A stretch of DNA of 64,000 bases, taken from a virus. Every line of letters begins with the position of its first letter. Position 1 is the first letter of the stretch. The notes beneath the pieces were generated by a model. The model was not told the DNA's origin. It saw only the letters and a list, made by a program, of their open reading frames with translations, and ran no database searches. Made by a program: the position numbers and the translations under genes. This document shows positions 56,199 to 64,000 of the stretch, piece by piece. The stretch spans positions 32,001 through 96,000 of IMG/VR virus record IMGVR_UViG_3300025133_000042. The stretch is one strand, 5' to 3'.

Positions 56199-57329
56199 TT
56201 AAGATTCCTCCTTGTTGTTAAATGAATTATTAATACCTGCTAGTATTTTCCAGCGATCTATTGCTGGGTCTTTTTTAAATTGCTGTCTTTCCGTATTACG
56301 TCTAGACATAATCAAAGTTGAAGTCGTTTTGTTAACTGCCTCGCTCAACGATTGTGGCTGATTGGTGGTGCTGCCCGCTGCGCTCTGAAGTGTTTCAAAG
56401 ATTATCTTTGCTTCCTCAACTGTCTTCGATTCTGACAATGCTTCGACAACTTTTTGTTTATGCCGCTCATTAATGGAGTTGTTTGTCAAAACCTGATTTG
56501 TATATAAAAGACGCGCGTTGGTTAAATTAGTCTCAACCAACTTATCTTTAGCCTCTTCTATAATACTAATGTATGTTTGTTTTTCTTTGTTGGAGTTTGA
56601 TAGCGCTTCATTAAGCTCTGCAATCTTAGCTTCCAAACTTTCGTTCGTCTTCTCAAGACCTTCCGAGGCCTTCCTCATGGCAGCCATCTTCTCGCGACGT
56701 TCAGAGTCCTGCTCTAGAGCGAGAAGTTCTTCTTCTGCTAGCTCAACGACGGTGTCGGCAACCAAATTATGGCCCGGGCGGTGTGTGTCGACGCTAAGAT
56801 CTACCGTAAGGTGCTCTTGAATCTCTGTGGAGTCGTCTGCAGATTGCTCACCTTCTCTTGCAGCCTCTTCGGGCGTGGATGAAAATGCGTCCTCTTCGAC
56901 GAGTGTGCGGAGCTGATCGAGGTCTACGTCAAACACCTCTTCTAGCATGGGCTCTTCTCCAGTCATTTCTATTGCTGCAGCTTCTCGGTCAAAAGCCGGG
57001 GGCTCTGGCTCGCCGGCTTCAAGCTGCTTAAGAAGATCGTCGACATTAATCTCTATTTTTGTAGTTTCTTGGTCGTCCGGACACGCGCAAGCCTCTTCGC
57101 CATCGACGCTAGCCATGGGCAGTTCTGGCATTTCTGCCTCTGGCTCGGCCAGGGCCGGCTCTGGGAGGGGATCTTCCAACGCCATTTCTTCATCTTGTTC
57201 CAAGATGGTCTCAACAGCCTCTTTAATTTGGCTAGAATACTTTTCTAACAACGATGCCTCAGCTGACCTTACTGCAGCTTCCTTCAACGCAGTGGCATCA
57301 ATTATGGCCTGATCAAGCATGTCTGACAT
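56199..57329 (-). CDS. Prohead core scaffolding protein (gp22-like)
   Basis: Acidic coiled coil directly before the capsid gene; NARLLY.N; RWKILAGI. Confidence 0.8.
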   Translation of the reverse strand: MSDMLDQAIIDATALKEAAVRSAEASLLEKYSSQIKEAVETILEQDEEMALEDPLPEPALAEPEAEMPELPMASVDGEEACACPDDQETTKIEINVDDLLKQLEAGEPEPPAFDREAAAIEMTGEEPMLEEVFDVDLDQLRTLVEEDAFSSTPEEAAREGEQSADDSTEIQEHLTVDLSVDTHRPGHNLVADTVVELAEEELLALEQDSERREKMAAMRKASEGLEKTNESLEAKIAELNEALSNSNKEKQTYISIIEEAKDKLVETNLTNARLLYTNQVLTNNSINERHKQKVVEALSESKTVEEAKIIFETLQSAAGSTTNQPQSLSEAVNKTTSTLIMSRRNTERQQFKKDPAIDRWKILAGINNSFNNKEES

Positions 57330-57354
57330 ATCACAACTCCTAGAGATTCAAATG

Positions 57355-57362
57355 TAAATAGT
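57355..57362 (-). promoter_or_regulatory. Putative late promoter ACTATTTA (representative copy, before scaffold/capsid)
   Basis: Same motif precedes tube, sheath, neck, decoration and other late-type genes. Confidence 0.7.
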
Positions 57363-57408
57363 ATATATTTTTGGAAAAAGACACTTTATATACAGCATGG
57401 CAAGGTAG

Positions 57409-57978
57409 CTATATATTGATGCCGGATCCAGAAATATATGTATCGGACATTCTCTCTGCGGGGATATTAGTCAATTCTGCGTATACTTGATAGCTTGATG
57501 TCACATTCGCGCCGGCGCCGACGTTCATCAAACAAACATGATCAGTTCGCACGCCGAAAGTGATCTTCTGTCCATAATTAGTAGTGCCTGTGACATACTG
57601 CAAGATATGTACATGTCCTTTTGAATACTGCATCGGTGCAGAATTAGCTGCACTAGTTCCAGTCAGGGAAAAGGTATTTTTGCCAGCTTTATCAGTTCCT
57701 GCGGCATCTTGCGGACTACCAAAAAACACCAACAAGTTGTTGGTAAACTCGTTGGTGCTGCTAGCAACAACGAACTTATTTGGGATAGTCTGAACAGTTA
57801 CCGACTTGGCGACCCGCGGGAACTCAAATTTAATGATACTGCCGCTATTCTGCGAGGCCTCTAGGTACGAACAAGTTAAAAATGGCGTGCCGGCGGCCTG
57901 GTAGGATCCAACATGACCCAAACCAACTCCCGTTGATCCACCAAATATCGCCTGTTTTGTGGTTGCGTCTGTTGCCAT
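57409..57978 (-). CDS. Probable virion structural protein
   Basis: GLGHVGSYQAAGTPFLT, beta-rich, in head module. Confidence 0.65.
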   Translation of the reverse strand: MATDATTKQAIFGGSTGVGLGHVGSYQAAGTPFLTCSYLEASQNSGSIIKFEFPRVAKSVTVQTIPNKFVVASSTNEFTNNLLVFFGSPQDAAGTDKAGKNTFSLTGTSAANSAPMQYSKGHVHILQYVTGTTNYGQKITFGVRTDHVCLMNVGAGANVTSSYQVYAELTNIPAERMSDTYISGSGINI

Positions 57979-57981
57979 TTT

Positions 57982-58209
57982 TTACCTCTCTCCGTTGCAT
58001 GGGTTTCTCAAAGCTTCTGCTTTTTGAGCATTTCGCTTCTTTTTGAGCTTTTCTCTTCTTCTTTTCGTTGAGGGCTTCTCATAGAACCTCTTATCCAGGA
58101 ATCTCTCAACAACTTTTTCTTTCTTACATTTTTTAATGAATCTTTTTATTAGTCTTGTCTGGTCGCCTCTGCAATCTTTCAAGCGAACTACAACGTTTGC
58201 GCTAGCCAT
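57982..58209 (-). CDS. rpsU: Ribosomal protein bS21
   Basis: LIKRFIKKCKK...RFYEKPSTKRRREK. Confidence 0.85.
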   Translation of the reverse strand: MASANVVVRLKDCRGDQTRLIKRFIKKCKKEKVVERFLDKRFYEKPSTKRRREKLKKKRNAQKAEALRNPCNGER

Positions 58210-58627
58210 TATTTACCAACTTGCTCCAATTATTACTTGCCAGCTTCATTATTCCAGCTATATCTACACCAGAATCTTTTGGTGAATAGCCAGACAACGG
58301 GTTGGCGCCTGATTTTGCTTCGGGAGGTATCTCCTCCACTCCACTAAATAGATCCACATTTCCAAAACCAACTGATTCATTTAATCTTTTAATTCTTTCT
58401 TGTCGTTGGGCTTCCATCTCTGTAGAGCGCCGGTCGAGATCTTGTTTCGTTGGTCGAGCCTTCTTGGGACTCTCTACCGTAAGGCCTTCGACAACAACTT
58501 TTTGTGTACTTAAGCCTTGCGCAACTTCTGTTACTATTCCAGATAAAACGCCCTCTTCAAAAATGCACTCTTTTATACACTCTTTTATAAGGGGTTTAAG
58601 TATTTTTTTTAATTCTGTTTTATTCAT
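58202..58627 (-). CDS. Hypothetical head-module protein
   Basis: MNKTELKKILKPLIKECIKE leader; D.GVDI..I. Confidence 0.75.
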   Translation of the reverse strand: MNKTELKKILKPLIKECIKECIFEEGVLSGIVTEVAQGLSTQKVVVEGLTVESPKKARPTKQDLDRRSTEMEAQRQERIKRLNESVGFGNVDLFSGVEEIPPEAKSGANPLSGYSPKDSGVDIAGIMKLASNNWSKLVNNG

Positions 58628-58651
58628 TACTAGCCTTTTCTTATATTTTTT

Positions 58652-59296
58652 TTAATCCTTAAGTATGTCTCTGATGATATCATTAATCTTTTGATCTCTG
58701 TTGCCAAGAGATTCATTCATTCCGATAGTTATGCCGGCGGGGGCCGTATTATTCCCAGTTGATAAGTACGCTCCGGGGGTGGAGGGCTCCGAAACAATAT
58801 CAAAACAAATTAGTTGAAAGTCGTCTTCGACAATTGTCTGGCCATTGTGCTCTTTGACCGTACCTAGGCCGCGGGATGAAATACCTAATTTGACACCAGA
58901 CTTAACCAATGCCTTTAGAATATTGCCGGATGGAGTATCGAGTACCTCGATCTTGCCAATAACGTCACTGCCCATAAAGTGCAGCTTGCTGACCAAATGA
59001 CTTGCATTCTTTAAATTAATTACAGAACTCTCTGGATGGTCCAGCTCACCTAGGGCTCTTCTTTCTTGAATCGACCTCTGGTAAGCCTCCACTTCTCTTT
59101 GTAGCGTCGGCAAACGGTATATTCTTCCGTTTCCATTCTTAACGCCTGCTCTTTGACATACGCCAACGAGATAGACAGTACCATTATTGGCGCGATCGCG
59201 CTCAGATTCAGTCAAAACGTCTACGGGGCAGCGGCCCTCAGGGCATAGTTCAAAATATTCTTGTAAAAGTTGTTTAGCCATTGTATTGTCATCCAC
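58652..59296 (-). CDS. Prohead core protease (T4 gp21-like)
   Basis: NGNGRIY, LGELDHP, SH, LDTPSG, GISSRGLG, FDIVSEPS. Confidence 0.95.
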   Translation of the reverse strand: MDDNTMAKQLLQEYFELCPEGRCPVDVLTESERDRANNGTVYLVGVCQRAGVKNGNGRIYRLPTLQREVEAYQRSIQERRALGELDHPESSVINLKNASHLVSKLHFMGSDVIGKIEVLDTPSGNILKALVKSGVKLGISSRGLGTVKEHNGQTIVEDDFQLICFDIVSEPSTPGAYLSTGNNTAPAGITIGMNESLGNRDQKINDIIRDILKD

Positions 59297-59307
59297 ACAA
59301 AATGTAT

Positions 59308-59330
59308 AAAAAAGCGGGGCTCACCCCCGC
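59308..59330 (-). terminator. Terminator-like hairpin upstream of prohead protease
   Basis: GCGGGG-GTGAG-CCCCGC-TTTTTT. Confidence 0.75.
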
Positions 59331-59386
59331 ATGCTATAGCTGCCAGAACAGCATCGACGGACATCCGGCATGTTTTGCCTTCTCAT
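59321..59386 (-). CDS. 21-aa Cys-Cys peptide (not in ORF track)
   Basis: ATGA-coupled start with GGAGG RBS: MRRQNMPDVRRCCSGSYSMRG. Confidence 0.55.
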   Translation of the reverse strand: MRRQNMPDVRRCCSGSYSMRG

Positions 59387-59697
59387 TGTGAATCACCTCC
59401 TTGCGTCCTATTTATTTTCAATCCAAAATCATCTAAAATCATACTGAAAAAATAACTTGTTCCTGCAGAAATACAACCACATAAAAATGCATTTACTAAA
59501 TTGTATTCAAAGTTAAATAGTTCTGTAAAGCTATTGATACTCCACAAAAATACTCCAACCCAAAAACCGACACAGAGAGGGCAATGAAATAAGACGCTCA
59601 GCTTGCCATCTTTGGGCCTTATTGGGTTAAAAATTGAGCCGTAAACTAAAATAAAAGTCATGCCATACGCGGCCAAAATAAAATATAATAAACTCAA
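59383..59697 (-). CDS. DUF1360-like membrane protein
   Basis: LFHCPLCVGFWVG with hydrophobic helices; TTG start after GAGG. Confidence 0.75.
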   Translation of the reverse strand: MSLLYFILAAYGMTFILVYGSIFNPIRPKDGKLSVLFHCPLCVGFWVGVFLWSINSFTELFNFEYNLVNAFLCGCISAGTSYFFSMILDDFGLKINRTQGGDSQ

Positions 59698-59713
59698 AGC
59701 TGCCTCTTTTTTA

Positions 59714-60292
59714 TCAAGCTCTATAAGTTGTCGTCGCAGAAATACCAAAAGGCATGTGGCCGGGCTGGATGGAACCCTTTTTCTCCCTGTGGTACTTTTG
59801 CGGATCAAAATCAGTCGACTCGTCAGGCAGAGGCGCCGCGAGGCGTTGGTCCTGCTCCTTCTCAAACGCTACCTCGAAGTCAATCTGAGGTCTCTCGTTA
59901 TCCAAGAACTTGGCTATCGTTAAAAGCGCATGAGGGACAGGCTTGTAATCCGTAGACTCTAACAAATCAGCTTCAACGCTAGCATAAAAATCGCCGCCTT
60001 GTACAGTTTTTAAATCAATTATTCCCCTTTCAAAAAGGAACTTAAACAGTCGATTTTGGGTTTCATAAATGGCTTCGCCAAACAGCTCTTTAGCAAAAGC
60101 AACAATTCTCTTATCCTTTGTAATGACAATATCAATGTCGTTATGATCGAAAATCATAACATCGCCGCGGAGATTTCTCCTAGCTTTTAAGTCCAAAGTC
60201 TCAACAACCTTGGGGCGCTCGGGAGAGCTAACTTTGATTCTCAGAGCATCTGATCGCTTTTTGTTCTTAAATACTTTAATATTAATTGCCAT
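59714..60292 (-). CDS. Hypothetical protein
   Basis: ORF in head operon. Confidence 0.75.
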   Translation of the reverse strand: MAINIKVFKNKKRSDALRIKVSSPERPKVVETLDLKARRNLRGDVMIFDHNDIDIVITKDKRIVAFAKELFGEAIYETQNRLFKFLFERGIIDLKTVQGGDFYASVEADLLESTDYKPVPHALLTIAKFLDNERPQIDFEVAFEKEQDQRLAAPLPDESTDFDPQKYHREKKGSIQPGHMPFGISATTTYRA

Positions 60293-61076
60293 TTTCTTTC
60301 ATCTCGTGTGTTAGCTGCTGCAGCTTGATTATCTTCTCCACCAAACTATAATTAATCTCGTGTTCCCTGAAAGAGCCTAAAACTTCTAACAAGCTTTCTT
60401 TCTCGGATACATGAGATTCTAATATTTCTTTCTTTATTCTTCCTATTTCCTCGTTTAAGAACAACTTAAACTCTAGGTTGTCCCCAGGATCAGTAATAAA
60501 ATGTCTTAAAACCTCCCTCTGCTCTCTCAAGAGGGCCTTGTTGTATTTCTCATTGAACTTCTTGAAGAAGGTCTTCACAACCAAGCTATCAACTTTGTGT
60601 CCTGGCTTCTCAAGCTGTTTGCTCTCCTTCGTCAGAAGGCCAATAACTTGGTTTTCTAAAAGCACTTGCTCTTTGGCATTGCCAGATTTGTTAAAAATCT
60701 GATATATCGTAGCAATATCTTTATATTGTGGAACAAAGTTGCCAAAAACGGAATTTCCGAGCTGTTTGTTGATCTTGTTGATTAGTGTATTTTGTTCATT
60801 AAATATTTTTTTTCGATCCAGGCTGCTGTACCTCTCTTTTGACTCGGACAAGAGGCTTCTGGAAAGGTTCTTATCGAAGCTTGAAGTCTCTAGAAGGCAT
60901 TTATAGATCTTCAGCTCTCTTGAAAGCTCTCTTGACTTAGAGAAGCATTCTTTAATAATCTTCATCGCTGTCTTTTCTCTTCCTTTATCACTTTCAGCCA
61001 CCGCCTTCGTGACTTCGCGAATAAGAGCTTCAAATAAAAAAGCTGTATTTCTTTTTTTATTATGTTTGAACTTCAT
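60282..61076 (-). CDS. Conserved helical protein following portal
   Basis: KHNKKRNTAFLFEAL; late motif at 61160-61167. Confidence 0.8.
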   Translation of the reverse strand: MKFKHNKKRNTAFLFEALIREVTKAVAESDKGREKTAMKIIKECFSKSRELSRELKIYKCLLETSSFDKNLSRSLLSESKERYSSLDRKKIFNEQNTLINKINKQLGNSVFGNFVPQYKDIATIYQIFNKSGNAKEQVLLENQVIGLLTKESKQLEKPGHKVDSLVVKTFFKKFNEKYNKALLREQREVLRHFITDPGDNLEFKLFLNEEIGRIKKEILESHVSEKESLLEVLGSFREHEINYSLVEKIIKLQQLTHEMKENGN

Positions 61077-63045
61077 CTTTATTGTCTTTCCTTTCCATGA
61101 CTTCAATTAACTTCTTAATTTCAGCATTTGTTGTGAGGATTTCGTCTTCCACCTGAGAATAATTAGTCTCTATACCTTCCATTGTCATTTTGCCGATGCC
61201 AAGTAGCGGGGAATAGCCTTGTAAAAAGTTTCTGTCGACGGCCTTCACGCCAGAAACGCCTGACATAGCATGGGCTCTTCGACGTCGGGCGCCGGCGTGT
61301 CGATTATCTCCCTTTCCGCCATCTTTTGCCTGTTTCGGCAAATACCATTTTGAATTGGACTTATCTGTCGTAGTTACTTTTTTACCAAATATGCTCTTTC
61401 CAGTGACCTTTACTGGCTCGTCTCGCGACCCTTCGCCCTCGGGGGTTGCCAGGAGAACAGAATCGTTTTCTTCGGCTCCAGGCTCTTCATCGCCTAGACC
61501 GAGATCTGGCTCGCCCAGCGCTCCGGCGCCGAGATCTTCTCCTGGGCCAGCGCCTAGGGCGCCTAGGCCTGCTTCGTCTTCCGCGGTAATAGACTCGGCT
61601 GCTTTTTCCAGCGATGCTATCAGCTTCTTATCGTAGAACATCTCTTGGGTCATACGAACAAACTCTTTTTCAGAAAGGTTGAATAAGTTTTCTGCGACCC
61701 AGCGCTTAGAGAAGTAGCCCTCTGTGGCCGCAGAGGCAACTTCAAACTTGGTTCTCCAAGATTCCAGCTCTTGAAGCTGCGCTAGCTTTGATGGATTGTT
61801 AAGTTTGATTTGAAACGAAGTAAGATCCTTTCCGCGGTAGCCTCTCGTAAACAAATGGACAACACAAATCTTCTCCAGCTCAGATACAATTGAGCGCTGA
61901 AGTCTCTGGACTGTCCTTGCGAAACGAATATCCTTTTGAGCCAAAGTAGTCTTGTCCTCGTCGGCGCCGTCACCTCTAGAAAGATAACTAGCTGGAATCT
62001 TAAGGGCACTAAAGAGCTTATCTCTAAGATATTTAATATCATCGATGTCGCCGGTATATTGGCCCCCGGGGAGACTTTCAATCCTAGAATTCTGGCCGCC
62101 GCGGACGGGAACAAAGTAATCTTCTTCAATACTTAGCGGATTGTAGCGAAGATCAACTTGCCCGGTGTCTGGGTCGACAATTTGGTTGCGTTTCATTTGA
62201 GTCATAACACGTTGCATATATTGTTCGACATCTTGCGGCGCTATATTTCCAACATCAACGTAAAAAACCCTCCTTTCTGGAGAGCGAACGATACGATAAG
62301 CCATAACTGCATCTTCCATGAGAGTCAACTGACGCCAGATGCGGCGAGCCGGCTCCAAGATAGAGGTGCCATATGGAGAGTACTTGTCGTTGCCCAAGAT
62401 ACGAAAATGCGCGACCTGCCAGTTCTCAAGCGTCAGGCCGGCGGAGTTCCATTGGTATTGAACATAGTTGGGATTCTTATCATCTTCGCCTTCTAGCCGT
62501 TCGATCTCTGCCAGCGGAAGAGAGACAGCATATTTGATCCCTTCGCCTTCGTCAATATCTAAATATAAAAAGAAATCTCCAAACTTGCACATCGAGCGGG
62601 CCCAGCCGAAAAGATTGAACTCGATGTTTAAAACCTTAAACATTAAGTTCTCTATCTCAAGCTTAATTTCCTCGTCATATGTCTTTACTGTCAAGATCTT
62701 GTGAAGTTCTGAAGATGTAGAGATCTCATCTGCATATATGTCCATGGCAGAAGCAATTTCAGGCATGTACTCCATTTGATCAAAATCAATATACCTTTCA
62801 GCACGATTTTGATTTGACATGTAGTTGGCCGTCAGGTTGCCATACGCCGAGTGATGCTCATCTGACCTCTTGAATGTTTGGCCGCTGGCAGACTTTATCC
62901 TGCTGCTGTGCATGTCAAGCTGCGATCTTCGCATGCGACGTTGATCTTGCTTACGATATGTTTGCAGCGGGCCTGATAATAGCCTCGTCAGTTGTCTAAA
63001 CAGTTTATTTTGTGGATTGTTTGGGTTTGATTTTCTATCTGCCAT
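61060..63045 (-). CDS. Portal protein (T4 gp20-like)
   Basis: YRIVRSPERRVFYVDVGN, EDYFVPVRG, I.SLPGG, DI.YL..KLF.ALKIP. Confidence 0.96.
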   Translation of the reverse strand: MADRKSNPNNPQNKLFRQLTRLLSGPLQTYRKQDQRRMRRSQLDMHSSRIKSASGQTFKRSDEHHSAYGNLTANYMSNQNRAERYIDFDQMEYMPEIASAMDIYADEISTSSELHKILTVKTYDEEIKLEIENLMFKVLNIEFNLFGWARSMCKFGDFFLYLDIDEGEGIKYAVSLPLAEIERLEGEDDKNPNYVQYQWNSAGLTLENWQVAHFRILGNDKYSPYGTSILEPARRIWRQLTLMEDAVMAYRIVRSPERRVFYVDVGNIAPQDVEQYMQRVMTQMKRNQIVDPDTGQVDLRYNPLSIEEDYFVPVRGGQNSRIESLPGGQYTGDIDDIKYLRDKLFSALKIPASYLSRGDGADEDKTTLAQKDIRFARTVQRLQRSIVSELEKICVVHLFTRGYRGKDLTSFQIKLNNPSKLAQLQELESWRTKFEVASAATEGYFSKRWVAENLFNLSEKEFVRMTQEMFYDKKLIASLEKAAESITAEDEAGLGALGAGPGEDLGAGALGEPDLGLGDEEPGAEENDSVLLATPEGEGSRDEPVKVTGKSIFGKKVTTTDKSNSKWYLPKQAKDGGKGDNRHAGARRRRAHAMSGVSGVKAVDRNFLQGYSPLLGIGKMTMEGIETNYSQVEDEILTTNAEIKKLIEVMERKDNKDEVQT

Positions 63046-63051
63046 GTTGTA

Positions 63052-64000
63052 TTATCCCTTCAGGAGCCATATATATTCTAGTTGTTGCTCAATAGCGCGA
63101 CGGTCAGTAACCGCTTTGTGGCCTTCCATGCCAGAAATCGTCGTGTTCATTTTTGTATTTGATTTCGTCATGCAATCTAAAAACGCTTTCTTGTAGCTGA
63201 TTTCTCTCTGGTTAACTGAGAATGCAATGTCTCTCACCCAACAGCCTATAGCACAAGACATAATTAGGTCGTCATTGTACTTTTTCATCGCTTGGGGTTT
63301 GCCATTGTGCCACACGAATGTTTTCATCTCATTATAAAGCCTTTTCGAATATATATTAATCATTTTGTTGCGAATAAACTCCTCAAACTTCGCGACGACA
63401 AGAGGCCTAGTCTTCGATGTCATTGAAAAGCCGACGACCGTATTAGTTGAATTCTCGGCAACGAGAGGGTCAACGTATTCATGAGTTGATTTATAAGAAT
63501 AAAATAAGTTAGGATATTGTCGCTCTTGAAGCTTATCTAAGACAGTCCAGCCTACAGTATTGTTTTCTACTGCAACCATGCAGTTCCCATACTCTTTTCC
63601 TGCTTCCTGTACAATATTTGCAAATATATCAGGAGTTGGCTTGCCCTTGTATTCCGCGACGATTTCCATGGTTTCTATTTTGAAAATGTGAAAAGCAGAG
63701 AAATCTTTTCCGTCTCCTCTGGCGACGTCGCCTGCAAGAAGATATGTGAATTGTGGGTCGTGCTCTTCCCAGATCCAAAAATTCCTATCGAAACCTGTTC
63801 TATGCTTTGGATCTTTTATATTCTCCTCAACGCGTGTCATATCGTCTGGATGGAAAACAGTCTCTCCAGACATATTGAAGTTACATTCAAGCTCCTGGGC
63901 GATTTGGCGACGGGACATATTCCTCGTCTCGTTGTCAAACCATTCTCTGTCGCGGTCAGGATGGGCGTCCCAAGGAAGAGTTGTCAAATAAAAATCATTT
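63052..64000 (-). CDS. Terminase large subunit, C-terminal nuclease part (5' truncated)
   Basis: QELECNF, GDVARGDGKDFS, VENN, NDDLIM. Confidence 0.93.
   Translation of the reverse strand, partial: NDFYLTTLPWDAHPDRDREWFDNETRNMSRRQIAQELECNFNMSGETVFHPDDMTRVEENIKDPKHRTGFDRNFWIWEEHDPQFTYLLAGDVARGDGKDFSAFHIFKIETMEIVAEYKGKPTPDIFANIVQEAGKEYGNCMVAVENNTVGWTVLDKLQERQYPNLFYSYKSTHEYVDPLVAENSTNTVVGFSMTSKTRPLVVAKFEEFIRNKMINIYSKRLYNEMKTFVWHNGKPQAMKKYNDDLIMSCAIGCWVRDIAFSVNQREISYKKAFLDCMTKSNTKMNTTISGMEGHKAVTDRRAIEQQLEYIWLLKG

Noticed and set aside
59298-59323. Selenocysteine insertion at the UGA before the prohead protease
   Set aside because: The UGA is within the hairpin loop rather than 5' of a SECIS-like stem, and no Sec machinery is present
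1-64000. Genome-wide stop-codon reassignment suggested by the UUA tRNA-like gene
   Set aside because: Core genes are full length in the standard code and TAA, TAG and TGA all end genes at expected positions

Overview
A 64-kb segment of a large T4-superfamily myophage genome. Every credible gene is on the minus strand. Reading in transcription order (high to low coordinates): a head/neck/tail module (terminase, portal, prohead protease, ribosomal protein bS21, scaffold, major capsid, neck, sheath, tube, frameshifted tail chaperone, tape measure, baseplate). Next is a replication and nucleotide module: minimal PolA-like protein, tubulin/FtsZ-like protein, gp32-like SSB, RecA/UvsX, deaminase, 5'-3' exonuclease, helicase, class II RNR, DnaE, dUTPase and IMPDH. 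A proteostasis set follows (GroES, GroEL, ClpP, Hsp20, FKBP PPIase, glutaredoxin, peptide deformylase). The accessory end holds six tRNAs, a MunI/EcoRI-family restriction-modification pair and an ORF with two CCHC zinc knuckles. Non-obvious signals: an ochre (UUA) anticodon tRNA-like gene nested in a permuted-tRNA-like structure; a late motif ACTAnTTA; sigma70-like promoters that all have 16-bp spacers; a ROSE-like thermometer before hsp20; a covarying intergenic RNA repeat; and a Cys-Cys leader peptide whose UGA sits in a terminator loop in frame with the prohead protease. All calls are from reading motifs by eye; no searches were run.
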